Origin: Elusimicrobia bacterium RIFOXYD2_FULL_34_15
GTDB taxonomy: Bacteria; Elusimicrobiota; UBA8919
DNA length: 64,000 nucleotides
NCBI GenBank assembly: GCA_001800605.1
Contig: MGVS01000097.1
Span: 12,694-76,693 of the forward strand
Direction of reading: 5' to 3'
The position numbers were made by a program, and so were the translations under genes. Below are positions 47,117 to 54,842 of this stretch, piece after piece (position 1 is the stretch's first letter; the number at the start of each line of letters is the position of its first letter). The notes under the pieces were generated by a model that had not been told where the DNA came from, made no database searches, and was given only the letters and a program-made list of their open reading frames with translations.

Positions 47117-48019
47117 TTATTTTGCAAATTCGGTTATGTCCTGGAATATCATACCGCTGCCTGCAAGTTTGCCGAATTTATTTTTTATTAATATCGTACC
47201 GTAACCTATCAGAATTCGTTTATCTGTTTTAACAACTAAAAACACTTCCTGCCTGTTTTGTATTTGCTGGTTCATAAAAGCATCAAAAAGTATAGACGGT
47301 ACTTCCGGTTGTCTTATGAATACATCTTTTGCATATTTACCGACTGCCGATGATTTGTTAATTCCCAATATATTCTGCGCCTGAGAATTGAATACGGTTA
47401 TTTTTCCTTCTTTATCTGTAGCTATAAAACCGCCGGGTATACTTTCAATTATATTTTCCACATATTCTTTTGAATATATCATCTCCTGATATAAATCCGA
47501 ATTTTCAAGAGTCATGGCGATGTTGCTTGCAACAGTAATAAGAAATTCTTTATCTAATTCGTCAAAATCAGTTTTTTTATTTATAATTTCAATTACACCG
47601 TAATTTCTATTTTTATGTACGATAGGTACACAAAGTATATTCTTTGCAGTGATTCCGGCAAGAGCATCAACTTCCTTTGAATAATAAGAATTTTTCTGAG
47701 GATCGTTCAATATTTCCGCCTTACCTATTTGAGCTATCCAACCGATCAGTCCGAACCCTAATCTGTGCTTAAGACGCTCCTCTCTTTTAATTATTCCTTC
47801 TTTATGCTTACCTATACTTGTCAAACATGTCAGTTGTTTCTGTTCAAGATCTGATGTATAAATTGTCGCAGTTTCAACTTCAAGCGTAGATAAAACAACC
47901 GTTAATACTTTTCCTGATGATTCTTTAAGTGTCAACCTAAAGCTCAAAAAGAAAGCAATTTCATGAAGTGCTTTTAAATGCTCAATTTCCTTTTTCTTTA
48001 CTGCCGGTATGTATTCCAT
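47117..48019 (-). CDS. GAF-PAS sensor protein without a recognisable output domain
   Basis: 300 aa. GAF-like N-terminal region and a PAS-like C-terminal part (...GGFIATDKEGKITVFNSQAQNILG...). Confidence 0.6.
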   Translation of the reverse strand: MEYIPAVKKKEIEHLKALHEIAFFLSFRLTLKESSGKVLTVVLSTLEVETATIYTSDLEQKQLTCLTSIGKHKEGIIKREERLKHRLGFGLIGWIAQIGKAEILNDPQKNSYYSKEVDALAGITAKNILCVPIVHKNRNYGVIEIINKKTDFDELDKEFLITVASNIAMTLENSDLYQEMIYSKEYVENIIESIPGGFIATDKEGKITVFNSQAQNILGINKSSAVGKYAKDVFIRQPEVPSILFDAFMNQQIQNRQEVFLVVKTDKRILIGYGTILIKNKFGKLAGSGMIFQDITEFAK

Positions 48020-48062
48020 AAATGAACCAAGTTAAAATTCATGTATATTTTCTTATCAATGT

Positions 48063-48125
48063 ACAATTCTCCGCCCCTAAGGGGCGAGACCCTGACTACC
48101 GTTAGGCAGGCTCGCCCATCGGGCG
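48063..48125. repeat. Direct repeat A (ccgcccctaaggggcgagaccctgactaccgttaggcaggctcgcccatcgggcgggc)
   Basis: Differs by 2-3 nt from 49617-49682. The two copies bracket the cca gene precisely. Confidence 0.8.
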
Positions 48126-48167
48126 GGCTCAAAAACACTATCGCACTATTTTTCTAATTATATAAAA

Positions 48168-49610
48168 TTATTTGGTTTTTACAATAGTTTTTAGAAATTT
48201 TATTGCTTCTTCCCTTGTTTTTACTTCTTTAGTTACTTGCGATTCTTCAAGTTTTTTAAGTAATTGTCCGACTTCAGGACCTTGTTCAATTTTTAATATT
48301 TTCATTATTTCATTACCATTTAAAAGTTTTACAGGAAGTATCTTTTCTTTTTTATAAAAATACTTATTCAGCAATTTATTGCCGACTATTCTGTGAAGTG
48401 TCCGTATATTACTTGGTGGATACGTATAAGCATCGCAGATTGATAAAACAATCTGATCTATACCATCTTCACCTAAATCCTTAAAAAATCTCCATACAGC
48501 TTTATCGGTTACTTCTTTTGCACTTGTAAGGTTTCCTAAACGCATATGGTTCTGGATAACTTTTTTTATATATTTTATTTCGTCATTTGAAAACCTTAAC
48601 CTTTTCCCTATTTTATCAATCATTTTGCTTCCCACATCTTCATGCCCGAAAAATCTCAATCTATCACCAATTTTTTCGGCAGATCCGGGTTTTCCTATAT
48701 CGTGTAAAAGCACCGCGTATTTCAAAATTGTTTTCCTTTTTACTGTTCTTGAAATATTACCGTCAAGATGCATCATTATTTTTTTATTGAATCTTGGAAA
48801 AATGTTTTTAAAATTATTTTTATAAAACTTCTCGAGCACTTTCAATGAATCAAAACAATGCCCCAGAAGCCCCATTTTGGGGTAATAACACCTTGCTGTA
48901 TGCCTGGTCGGAATTAACTCCGGAAATATATAATCCAATAATTTCGAATTATGCATTTTCAATATAATGGAATGACTATCTGATAATCCCATTATTAGAT
49001 TTAATTCGTAACTTATTCTTTCTACAGATACTTTTTTTATATATTTCGCATATTTTTTTATAAATTTTTCTGTTTTTGGTTCAATTTTAAAATTTAATTG
49101 CCCGGCAAACCTGTACGCTCTTAAAACTCTTAACGGATCATCAACAAAGTTTTTTTCTTCAATACATCTTATAACCTTGTTCTTTATATCAACTCGTCCA
49201 TCATAAGGATCAATAAGATCGGTAACGGGTAACGCGTAATCCCGAGAAGTCGGGACAGGCTGGGTAATGGGTATCGCAATGGCATTGATAGTAAAATCAC
49301 GTCTTGTTAAATCTTCGATAATATTTTTGCCCTGCATTTTTGAGAAATCGAAGGTTTTGCCATTAATAATCACACGGTAAATTTTGTTGAAGTCGTCTAA
49401 AATTATGAATTTTCCTTTTACTTTTTCGGCAAATGTTTGTGCAACTTTCTGCGTATTGCCGTCAGTAACAAAATCCATATCTTCCGAGATTTTATTAAAA
49501 TACAAATCCCTGATATAGCCCCCGACAATCCAGATATTTTCTTTAGTTTTTAAGTATTTTAATATATCAATATTATTCATAAATAACCTTGCACTATCAC
49601 CCCACCCCAC
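48168..49610 (-). CDS. cca: CCA-adding enzyme / tRNA nucleotidyltransferase (Pol-beta head plus HD domain) carrying an in-frame repeat-element insertion
   Basis: 480 aa. GGYIRD...D.D, the RRDFTINAIA motif and the HD domain LLHDIGK. An extra 19-aa loop (IPITQPVPTSRDYALPVTD) lies between INAIA and LIDPYDG. Confidence 0.85.
   Translation of the reverse strand: MGWGDSARLFMNNIDILKYLKTKENIWIVGGYIRDLYFNKISEDMDFVTDGNTQKVAQTFAEKVKGKFIILDDFNKIYRVIINGKTFDFSKMQGKNIIEDLTRRDFTINAIAIPITQPVPTSRDYALPVTDLIDPYDGRVDIKNKVIRCIEEKNFVDDPLRVLRAYRFAGQLNFKIEPKTEKFIKKYAKYIKKVSVERISYELNLIMGLSDSHSIILKMHNSKLLDYIFPELIPTRHTARCYYPKMGLLGHCFDSLKVLEKFYKNNFKNIFPRFNKKIMMHLDGNISRTVKRKTILKYAVLLHDIGKPGSAEKIGDRLRFFGHEDVGSKMIDKIGKRLRFSNDEIKYIKKVIQNHMRLGNLTSAKEVTDKAVWRFFKDLGEDGIDQIVLSICDAYTYPPSNIRTLHRIVGNKLLNKYFYKKEKILPVKLLNGNEIMKILKIEQGPEVGQLLKKLEESQVTKEVKTREEAIKFLKTIVKTK
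49218..49274. repeat. RPE-like palindromic element inserted in frame within cca (inverse orientation)
   Basis: The reverse complement, atacccattACCCAGCCTGTCCCGActtcTCGGGATTACgCGTTACccgttacc, matches the intergenic copies at 22150-22215 and 36385-36440. It encodes residues 113-131 of Cca. Confidence 0.85.
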
Positions 49611-49616
49611 AATCGC

Positions 49617-49682
49617 ACAATCTTCCGCCCCAAAGGGGCGAGACCCTGACTACCGTTAGGCAGGCTCGCCCATAGGGCGGGC
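49617..49682. repeat. Direct repeat B (ccgccccaaaggggcgagaccctgactaccgttaggcaggctcgcccatagggcgggc)
   Basis: See 48063-48125. Confidence 0.8.
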
Positions 49683-49689
49683 ACTATTT

Positions 49690-50460
49690 TTAAGGCATAA
49701 CCGGTATCGATGAAATTAATTTTTGTGTATACGGATTTCCCGGATTATTTATTATTTCTTCGGATTTGCCATATTCAACTACCTCTCCGTTTTTCATTAT
49801 AGCAATATTATCTGAAATTGCAGCCAGTAAATTTAAGTCATGCAAAATTATTATATATGACAATTTTAGTTTATCTTTTAAATCAAAGAATATATTCATT
49901 ATTTGCGCCTGAATTGATATATCTAGCGAAGACACCGGTTCGTCCGCTATAATTAATTCGGGTTCAGATGCCAAAGCACGCGCAATTGCTATCCTCTGTC
50001 TCTGACCCCCTGAAAACTGATGAGGATATTTTTGTAGTGAATCTTCAGGTAAACCGACAGATTTTAGAATTTCTATTGCCCGTCCAGCTCTATCATTTTT
50101 AACATCCATTGCTTCGTAAACGGTTGTTCCGACAGAAAGTTTAGGATTAAGTGATGAAAATGGATCCTGAAAAATCATCTGAACTTTTCTGGCAAGTTCA
50201 CGCCGTGAATATTCAGAAATATTTTTTTTATCAATAATTATTTCACCGGAATCAAAATTAATTAAACCGGAAATTATTTTTGCAAATGTAGTCTTTCCGC
50301 TTCCGGATTCGCCGGCGATTCCCAATATTTGCCCTCTTTCTAAATCCAAAGATACATTTTTAAGCACGTCTATATAAGCATTTTCCATAGAAAAAATACT
50401 TTTTTCAATTTTAAATTTTTTATTAACATTAACCGCTTTTAATATTAAATCATTCGACAT
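49690..50460 (-). CDS. oppF: Oligopeptide ABC transporter ATP-binding protein OppF
   Basis: 256 aa. Walker A GESGSGKTT and FSGGQRQRIAIARAL signature. Confidence 0.85.
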   Translation of the reverse strand: MSNDLILKAVNVNKKFKIEKSIFSMENAYIDVLKNVSLDLERGQILGIAGESGSGKTTFAKIISGLINFDSGEIIIDKKNISEYSRRELARKVQMIFQDPFSSLNPKLSVGTTVYEAMDVKNDRAGRAIEILKSVGLPEDSLQKYPHQFSGGQRQRIAIARALASEPELIIADEPVSSLDISIQAQIMNIFFDLKDKLKLSYIIILHDLNLLAAISDNIAIMKNGEVVEYGKSEEIINNPGNPYTQKLISSIPVMP

Positions 50461-51184
50461 ACAATTTATTTCCTATATACACAGAACTATAAAGTTTTTT
50501 CATATCTTTTGTACTAAGTTGTATGCAAATATGATTTATTGTATCGTGATATTCTCTATTTTTTGAAGTATCGTGAATTATTAAAAAATCATCAAAATGT
50601 ATGGCATAATTACCTAAAGCACCGACCATTAATCGCTCAGGCGAATTTTCCACTGGAATTTCCTTTGTAATGTCTTCGTATGTCCATTTTGGTTTAACAG
50701 AAGTCGGATTTTTTTCTTTTGCCAATATTTTTAAAACTTTTCTGCTAATTTCGCTTTTTAAAAAGTTTTGAACAGTTTGATCCGTAATGTTAATATCAGA
50801 AACCACTTTACCATTTTTTACAAATTTTAATTTTTTCATCTTTGTATCAAATATCAGTTTTGTTCTTAGAATACTTAAATTTCCCCAGAGCAATCTATTT
50901 GCTTTGAGCAGGTTTTTATTATTTTCAATTAATATTTTTTGGTCCTCTTGTAATTGTGGTAATGTATCCAGTTTAATTGCTTCGTAATCACCTACAACGG
51001 ATTGACTCAATGCAATTTGATACTTTTTCTGATTCATCAGCATTAAAAGTTGTTTTTTTAAATCAGCCGTTTCATCATCAATGTCTTTAGTATAATCCGG
51101 AAGTTTGACATTAATAAATATTGAAATAGCTAAAATCATCAATATAAATATTCTTAATAATATTTTAAAAAATTTAATAAACAT
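50450..51184 (-). CDS. L,D-transpeptidase-like paralog with a divergent catalytic motif (NHICIQL in place of SHGCIRL)
   Basis: 244 aa. TM anchor plus coiled coil plus YkuD-like C-terminal domain. Same architecture as the adjacent LDT. 11-nt overlaps on both sides. Confidence 0.55.
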   Translation of the reverse strand: MFIKFFKILLRIFILMILAISIFINVKLPDYTKDIDDETADLKKQLLMLMNQKKYQIALSQSVVGDYEAIKLDTLPQLQEDQKILIENNKNLLKANRLLWGNLSILRTKLIFDTKMKKLKFVKNGKVVSDINITDQTVQNFLKSEISRKVLKILAKEKNPTSVKPKWTYEDITKEIPVENSPERLMVGALGNYAIHFDDFLIIHDTSKNREYHDTINHICIQLSTKDMKKLYSSVYIGNKLYVE

Positions 51185-51956
51185 AAATAAGTGTTCTATT
51201 AACCTTTGCAGATTTATTAATATATTCTAAATCTTCTGCTCCTAAACGAATACAGCCGTGAGAAACCGCTCTTCCTAACAATTCTTCTTTCTGTGTACCG
51301 TGTATTTTATATCCAAATCCTAAATCTAAAGCATATTTACCTAATTCACCCTCTACTTTCCGTTCAAGAGCATCCGGTAAAGGTATTTCTTTATTTTCTT
51401 CAATAAAAGCCCAATCCGGTTTAAACCAGATTGGATTTTCGATCCTGCTTTTTATTAAAAAAACTCCGCGAGGCGTTACAAACTCCCACTTCCTTCCGGT
51501 TTTTTTATCAACTAAAAGTCCACCCTTACCTACTGAACATTTACATTCTCTTAATATTTTCCCTTTCTGCTTAAGATAAAGTTTGTTTTGTCTTGTATCA
51601 ACTAAAACATATGGTTCATTACTAATAATATCGTTTATACTGGATGATATAAGCAAATTAGCATTTACAAGTTTTATATTTTTTTCAATTAGGTCTTTAT
51701 TTTTTTCAATTAACAAAATTTGACTATTCTTCAAAATAAACGATTGCCTGGAAATAGAATTTTTATCGCTTTCCAGCTGTTTTATTTCGGCAGAGATATT
51801 CAACATTTCATTTTTAATAATTTCTGATTCGTTTTTTGCGTCAATAAAATTATATACATTAATAGCCGTATGTATGAAAACCATTATAAAAACTAACCAA
51901 AATATATTTTTCAATAAATTACTAATTGATTTTTTCATGATATTTATCCTGAGCAA
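51174..51956 (-). CDS. L,D-transpeptidase (YkuD family)
   Basis: 260 aa. Catalytic ...HGTQ...SHGCIRL motif. TM anchor and coiled-coil N-terminal region. Confidence 0.8.
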   Translation of the reverse strand: MLRINIMKKSISNLLKNIFWLVFIMVFIHTAINVYNFIDAKNESEIIKNEMLNISAEIKQLESDKNSISRQSFILKNSQILLIEKNKDLIEKNIKLVNANLLISSSINDIISNEPYVLVDTRQNKLYLKQKGKILRECKCSVGKGGLLVDKKTGRKWEFVTPRGVFLIKSRIENPIWFKPDWAFIEENKEIPLPDALERKVEGELGKYALDLGFGYKIHGTQKEELLGRAVSHGCIRLGAEDLEYINKSAKVNRTLIYVY

Positions 51957-52080
51957 CCTGCCCTGAGCACATTCGACTCCGCTCAGTGCAAGCTTGTCGA
52001 AGGACCAAAGGGAGTCGAAGGATTACCTCGTTACTCCCGCCACTAGGTCTTCGGCGGGCAAGCATTACTCGTTACTACCT
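51957..52080. repeat. Composite GC-rich repeat (tcctgagcaacctgccctgagc...gtcgaagga...gagtcgaaggatta...cccgccactaggtcttcggcggg...ttactcgttac)
   Basis: Contains the AGTCGAAGGAT module, also at the ends of the 40283 and 45623 repeats. Also carries a CCCGCCA/TGGCGGG hairpin and a ttactcgttac tail. Confidence 0.65.
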
Positions 52081-52887
52081 CTAAATTACATTAAATTTCT
52101 TAACTTTTTGTCCTGCCTTAGGAATTACTGATATAAGTGCTTTTGTATATGGATGCTTTGGTATTTTCATTATCTCGGAAGTTTTCCCTTCTTCAACAAT
52201 TTCGCCATTATACATTACCGCAATCCTGCTGCAAATATCATAAACAATGCCAAAATTATGAGTAATAAAAATCATGGTTAAATCGAATTCTTTTATAAGT
52301 TTTTTTAAAAGCTCCAGAATTTCTTTTTGTATCGTTACATCAAGTGCAGTAGTGGGTTCATCTGCAATAAGAATTTCGGGACGTGATGCAAGTGCCTGGG
52401 CAATCATAATTCGCTGTCTCATTCCGCCGGAAAGCTGATGCGGATAAGAATTTTTTATTCTATCAAAATTACCCAACTGAACCATTTCCAAAAGTTCCTT
52501 TATTTTATTATCGGATGAATCCTCATTATGTACTTTTAAAGTTTCTCTTAATTGTTCGGATATTTTTATTACAGGATTTAAAGATGATAACGGATCCTGA
52601 AAAATAACGCTTATTTTTCCACCGCGAAGGTTTTGTAATTCTTTTTTATTTAATCGAAATATATTCTGGTTATGAAATAATATTTCTCCGCTAGAAATTT
52701 TAGCCTCTTTAGGTAAAATATCCAATATCGAAAGCCCAAGAGTCGATTTACCGCTTCCGGATTCGCCTATTATACCGAGCGAATCATTTCTATTAAGCGA
52801 AACTGAAACATTTTTCAATGCAGGTATTATTTTCTTACCAACTTGATATTCAACAGATAGATTTTTAATTTCTAAGATTGTGTCCAT
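52081..52887 (-). CDS. oppD: Oligopeptide ABC transporter ATP-binding protein OppD
   Basis: 268 aa. Walker A GESGSGKST and LSGGMRQRIMIAQAL signature. Confidence 0.85.
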   Translation of the reverse strand: MDTILEIKNLSVEYQVGKKIIPALKNVSVSLNRNDSLGIIGESGSGKSTLGLSILDILPKEAKISSGEILFHNQNIFRLNKKELQNLRGGKISVIFQDPLSSLNPVIKISEQLRETLKVHNEDSSDNKIKELLEMVQLGNFDRIKNSYPHQLSGGMRQRIMIAQALASRPEILIADEPTTALDVTIQKEILELLKKLIKEFDLTMIFITHNFGIVYDICSRIAVMYNGEIVEEGKTSEIMKIPKHPYTKALISVIPKAGQKVKKFNVI

Positions 52888-52889
52888 AT

Positions 52890-53720
52890 TTAGTTCGTTC
52901 TAGGGTCAAAAACATCGCGCAATCCTTCACCTAAAAGATTCCAGCCAAGAACCGTTATTAGAATTGCAAGTCCCGGAAAAAGTGAAAGCCACCACGCAAT
53001 ATGGATATAATCCTTACCGCTTGTCAGAATATTTCCCCATGAAGGTATCGGTGGTTGAACGCCTAATCCCAAAAAAGAAAGCCCCGATTCTGTAAGTATT
53101 GCAGCACCCACTCCTAAAATACTTGATACAAGAATAGGCGATATAACGTTTGGTAAAATATGAACAAAAATAATTCTTCTTTTTCTTAATCCCAATCCCC
53201 GGGCGGCAGTAATAAAATCCCTCTCTTTTATAGTAAGTGTTTCACCTCGTACTAAACGCGCAAGACCTGTCCAGGAGGTAATACCTATAACAATCATAAC
53301 ATTGTAGATATTCGGCTCTAAAAATGCTATTACCATTAAAATTAAAAAGAATGACGGAAAACAAAGCATAATATCCACAAAACGCATAATAATAGAATCC
53401 ACTTTCCCGCCGAAATATCCGGAAATAAGCCCTAAAAAGGTGCCGATAATCAATGAAATTGATACCGCGATAATACCAACCGAAATAGAAATACGTGAAC
53501 CGTAAATCATCCTTGAAAATACATCCCTGCCGATTTCATCAGTTCCTAAAAAATGATTTTTCGAAGGTGCTTGCAATCTTTCCAGAATATTACCTTCAAG
53601 TGGATTATGCATAGTAACTACGGGCGCAAAAATTGCTATAATAACCAGAACAATTATTATAACTGCTCCTGCTATTGCCAGTTTATTTCTCAACAATTTT
53701 TCCAAATATATTTTTAACAT
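52890..53720 (-). CDS. oppC: Oligopeptide ABC transporter permease OppC
   Basis: 276 aa. BPD_transp_1 permease with an EAA-like loop. Confidence 0.85.
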   Translation of the reverse strand: MLKIYLEKLLRNKLAIAGAVIIIVLVIIAIFAPVVTMHNPLEGNILERLQAPSKNHFLGTDEIGRDVFSRMIYGSRISISVGIIAVSISLIIGTFLGLISGYFGGKVDSIIMRFVDIMLCFPSFFLILMVIAFLEPNIYNVMIVIGITSWTGLARLVRGETLTIKERDFITAARGLGLRKRRIIFVHILPNVISPILVSSILGVGAAILTESGLSFLGLGVQPPIPSWGNILTSGKDYIHIAWWLSLFPGLAILITVLGWNLLGEGLRDVFDPRTN

Positions 53721-53728
53721 TTCTTTAA

Positions 53729-53765
53729 CTGTATCCTGTATCCTGTATCCTGTATTCTGTGTACT
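53729..53765. repeat. Tandem 7-mer repeats (CTGTATC x3, then CTGTATT, CTGTGTA) at the oppB-oppC junction
   Basis: On the coding strand this reads GGATACAG x3, ending 9 nt before the oppC ATG. Confidence 0.7.
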
Positions 53766-53768
53766 GCC

Positions 53769-54740
53769 TTATTTGTATCTTATCCTTGGGTCTACATAAG
53801 CATATGCTATATCTGCCAATAAATTTCCTAAAAGTGTCAAAATAGCTACTATTGTACCGACACACATGATAACAGGATAATCTCTTGACATTATCGCTTC
53901 GTAACCAAGCCGGCCCATCCCAGGCCATGCAAATATTGTTTCAAAAATAAAAGAACCGCCAATTAAATCGGGTAGAGTAAGCCCGACAATTGTAACTACC
54001 GGAATAAGTGCATTTTTCAAAGCATGCTTGAATATTACCGTGTTTTCCGGTAGACCTTTTGCTCTGGCAGTTCTTATATAATCCTGATGCAAGACTTCAA
54101 GCATAGATGATTTTGTGTATCTTGAAAGTCCCGCAAGACCTGTGAACGCAGATATAAGAACCGGAAGAACCAGATGCCTTAAGATATCAAGAAGTTTTCC
54201 AATAATTGTAAGTTCATCAAAATTTATTGAACGAAATCCGGAAATAGGAAGCCATCCTAATTGAACACCGAATAAAATCATTAGAAGTATAGCAAGCCAA
54301 AACGTGGGAATCGAAAACCCTAAAAATACGGTAACAGTTGTTATTTTGTCAAAAAGAGTATCTTTTTTTACGGCAGAAAATACACCAATTGGAATTGCAA
54401 GTGCAAAAATAAGAATTATTGAACAAAAATTTAAAAGGAGCGTTACGGGCAACCTTTCTGCTATTTTTTTTATAACCGGCCTGTCATCTTTGAAAGATTT
54501 TCCGAAATCAAATTTTGCCAGCCGTTTAAGCCACATCCCGTATTGAACATAAAACGGTTTATCCAACCCATAAAGAGTTACTAACCTTTGCTTTGCTTCG
54601 GTTGTAATTTTCTGGTTCATATCTGTTAGAACATCAGTTGGTTTTCCGGGAGAAAGATGCATAACAAGAAATGTAATTACAGTTATACCGAAAATAACCG
54701 GAATTGTAAGTAACAATCGTCTAAAAATATAAGTTTTCAT
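53769..54740 (-). CDS. oppB: Oligopeptide ABC transporter permease OppB
   Basis: 323 aa. DppB/OppB-type permease. Confidence 0.85.
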   Translation of the reverse strand: MKTYIFRRLLLTIPVIFGITVITFLVMHLSPGKPTDVLTDMNQKITTEAKQRLVTLYGLDKPFYVQYGMWLKRLAKFDFGKSFKDDRPVIKKIAERLPVTLLLNFCSIILIFALAIPIGVFSAVKKDTLFDKITTVTVFLGFSIPTFWLAILLMILFGVQLGWLPISGFRSINFDELTIIGKLLDILRHLVLPVLISAFTGLAGLSRYTKSSMLEVLHQDYIRTARAKGLPENTVIFKHALKNALIPVVTIVGLTLPDLIGGSFIFETIFAWPGMGRLGYEAIMSRDYPVIMCVGTIVAILTLLGNLLADIAYAYVDPRIRYK

Positions 54741-54798
54741 TTTAAAGGCAGATCACAGTATACAGTACTCAGGATTCAGCTTTATGAATTATAAAAAG

Positions 54799-54842
54799 CT
54801 GTATGCTGTTTTCTGTATTCTGTATCCTGTATCCTGTGTACT
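54799..54842. repeat. Tandem 7-mer repeats (CTGTATG/CTGTTTT/CTGTATT/CTGTATC x2/CTGTGTA) at the oppA-oppB junction, with a partial inverse copy at 54758-54777
   Basis: Forms a potential long hairpin in the oppA-oppB intercistronic region. Confidence 0.65.

Noticed and set aside
53729-53765. Possibility that the short tandem repeats are a CRISPR array
   Set aside because: The units are 7 nt with no spacers. There are no 25-40-nt repeats separated by unique spacers and no cas genes. These are simple tandem repeats.
53725-53928. 67-aa ORF at the oppB 3' end
   Set aside because: It lies in an alternative frame overlapping the oppB C-terminus and the 7-mer repeat tract.
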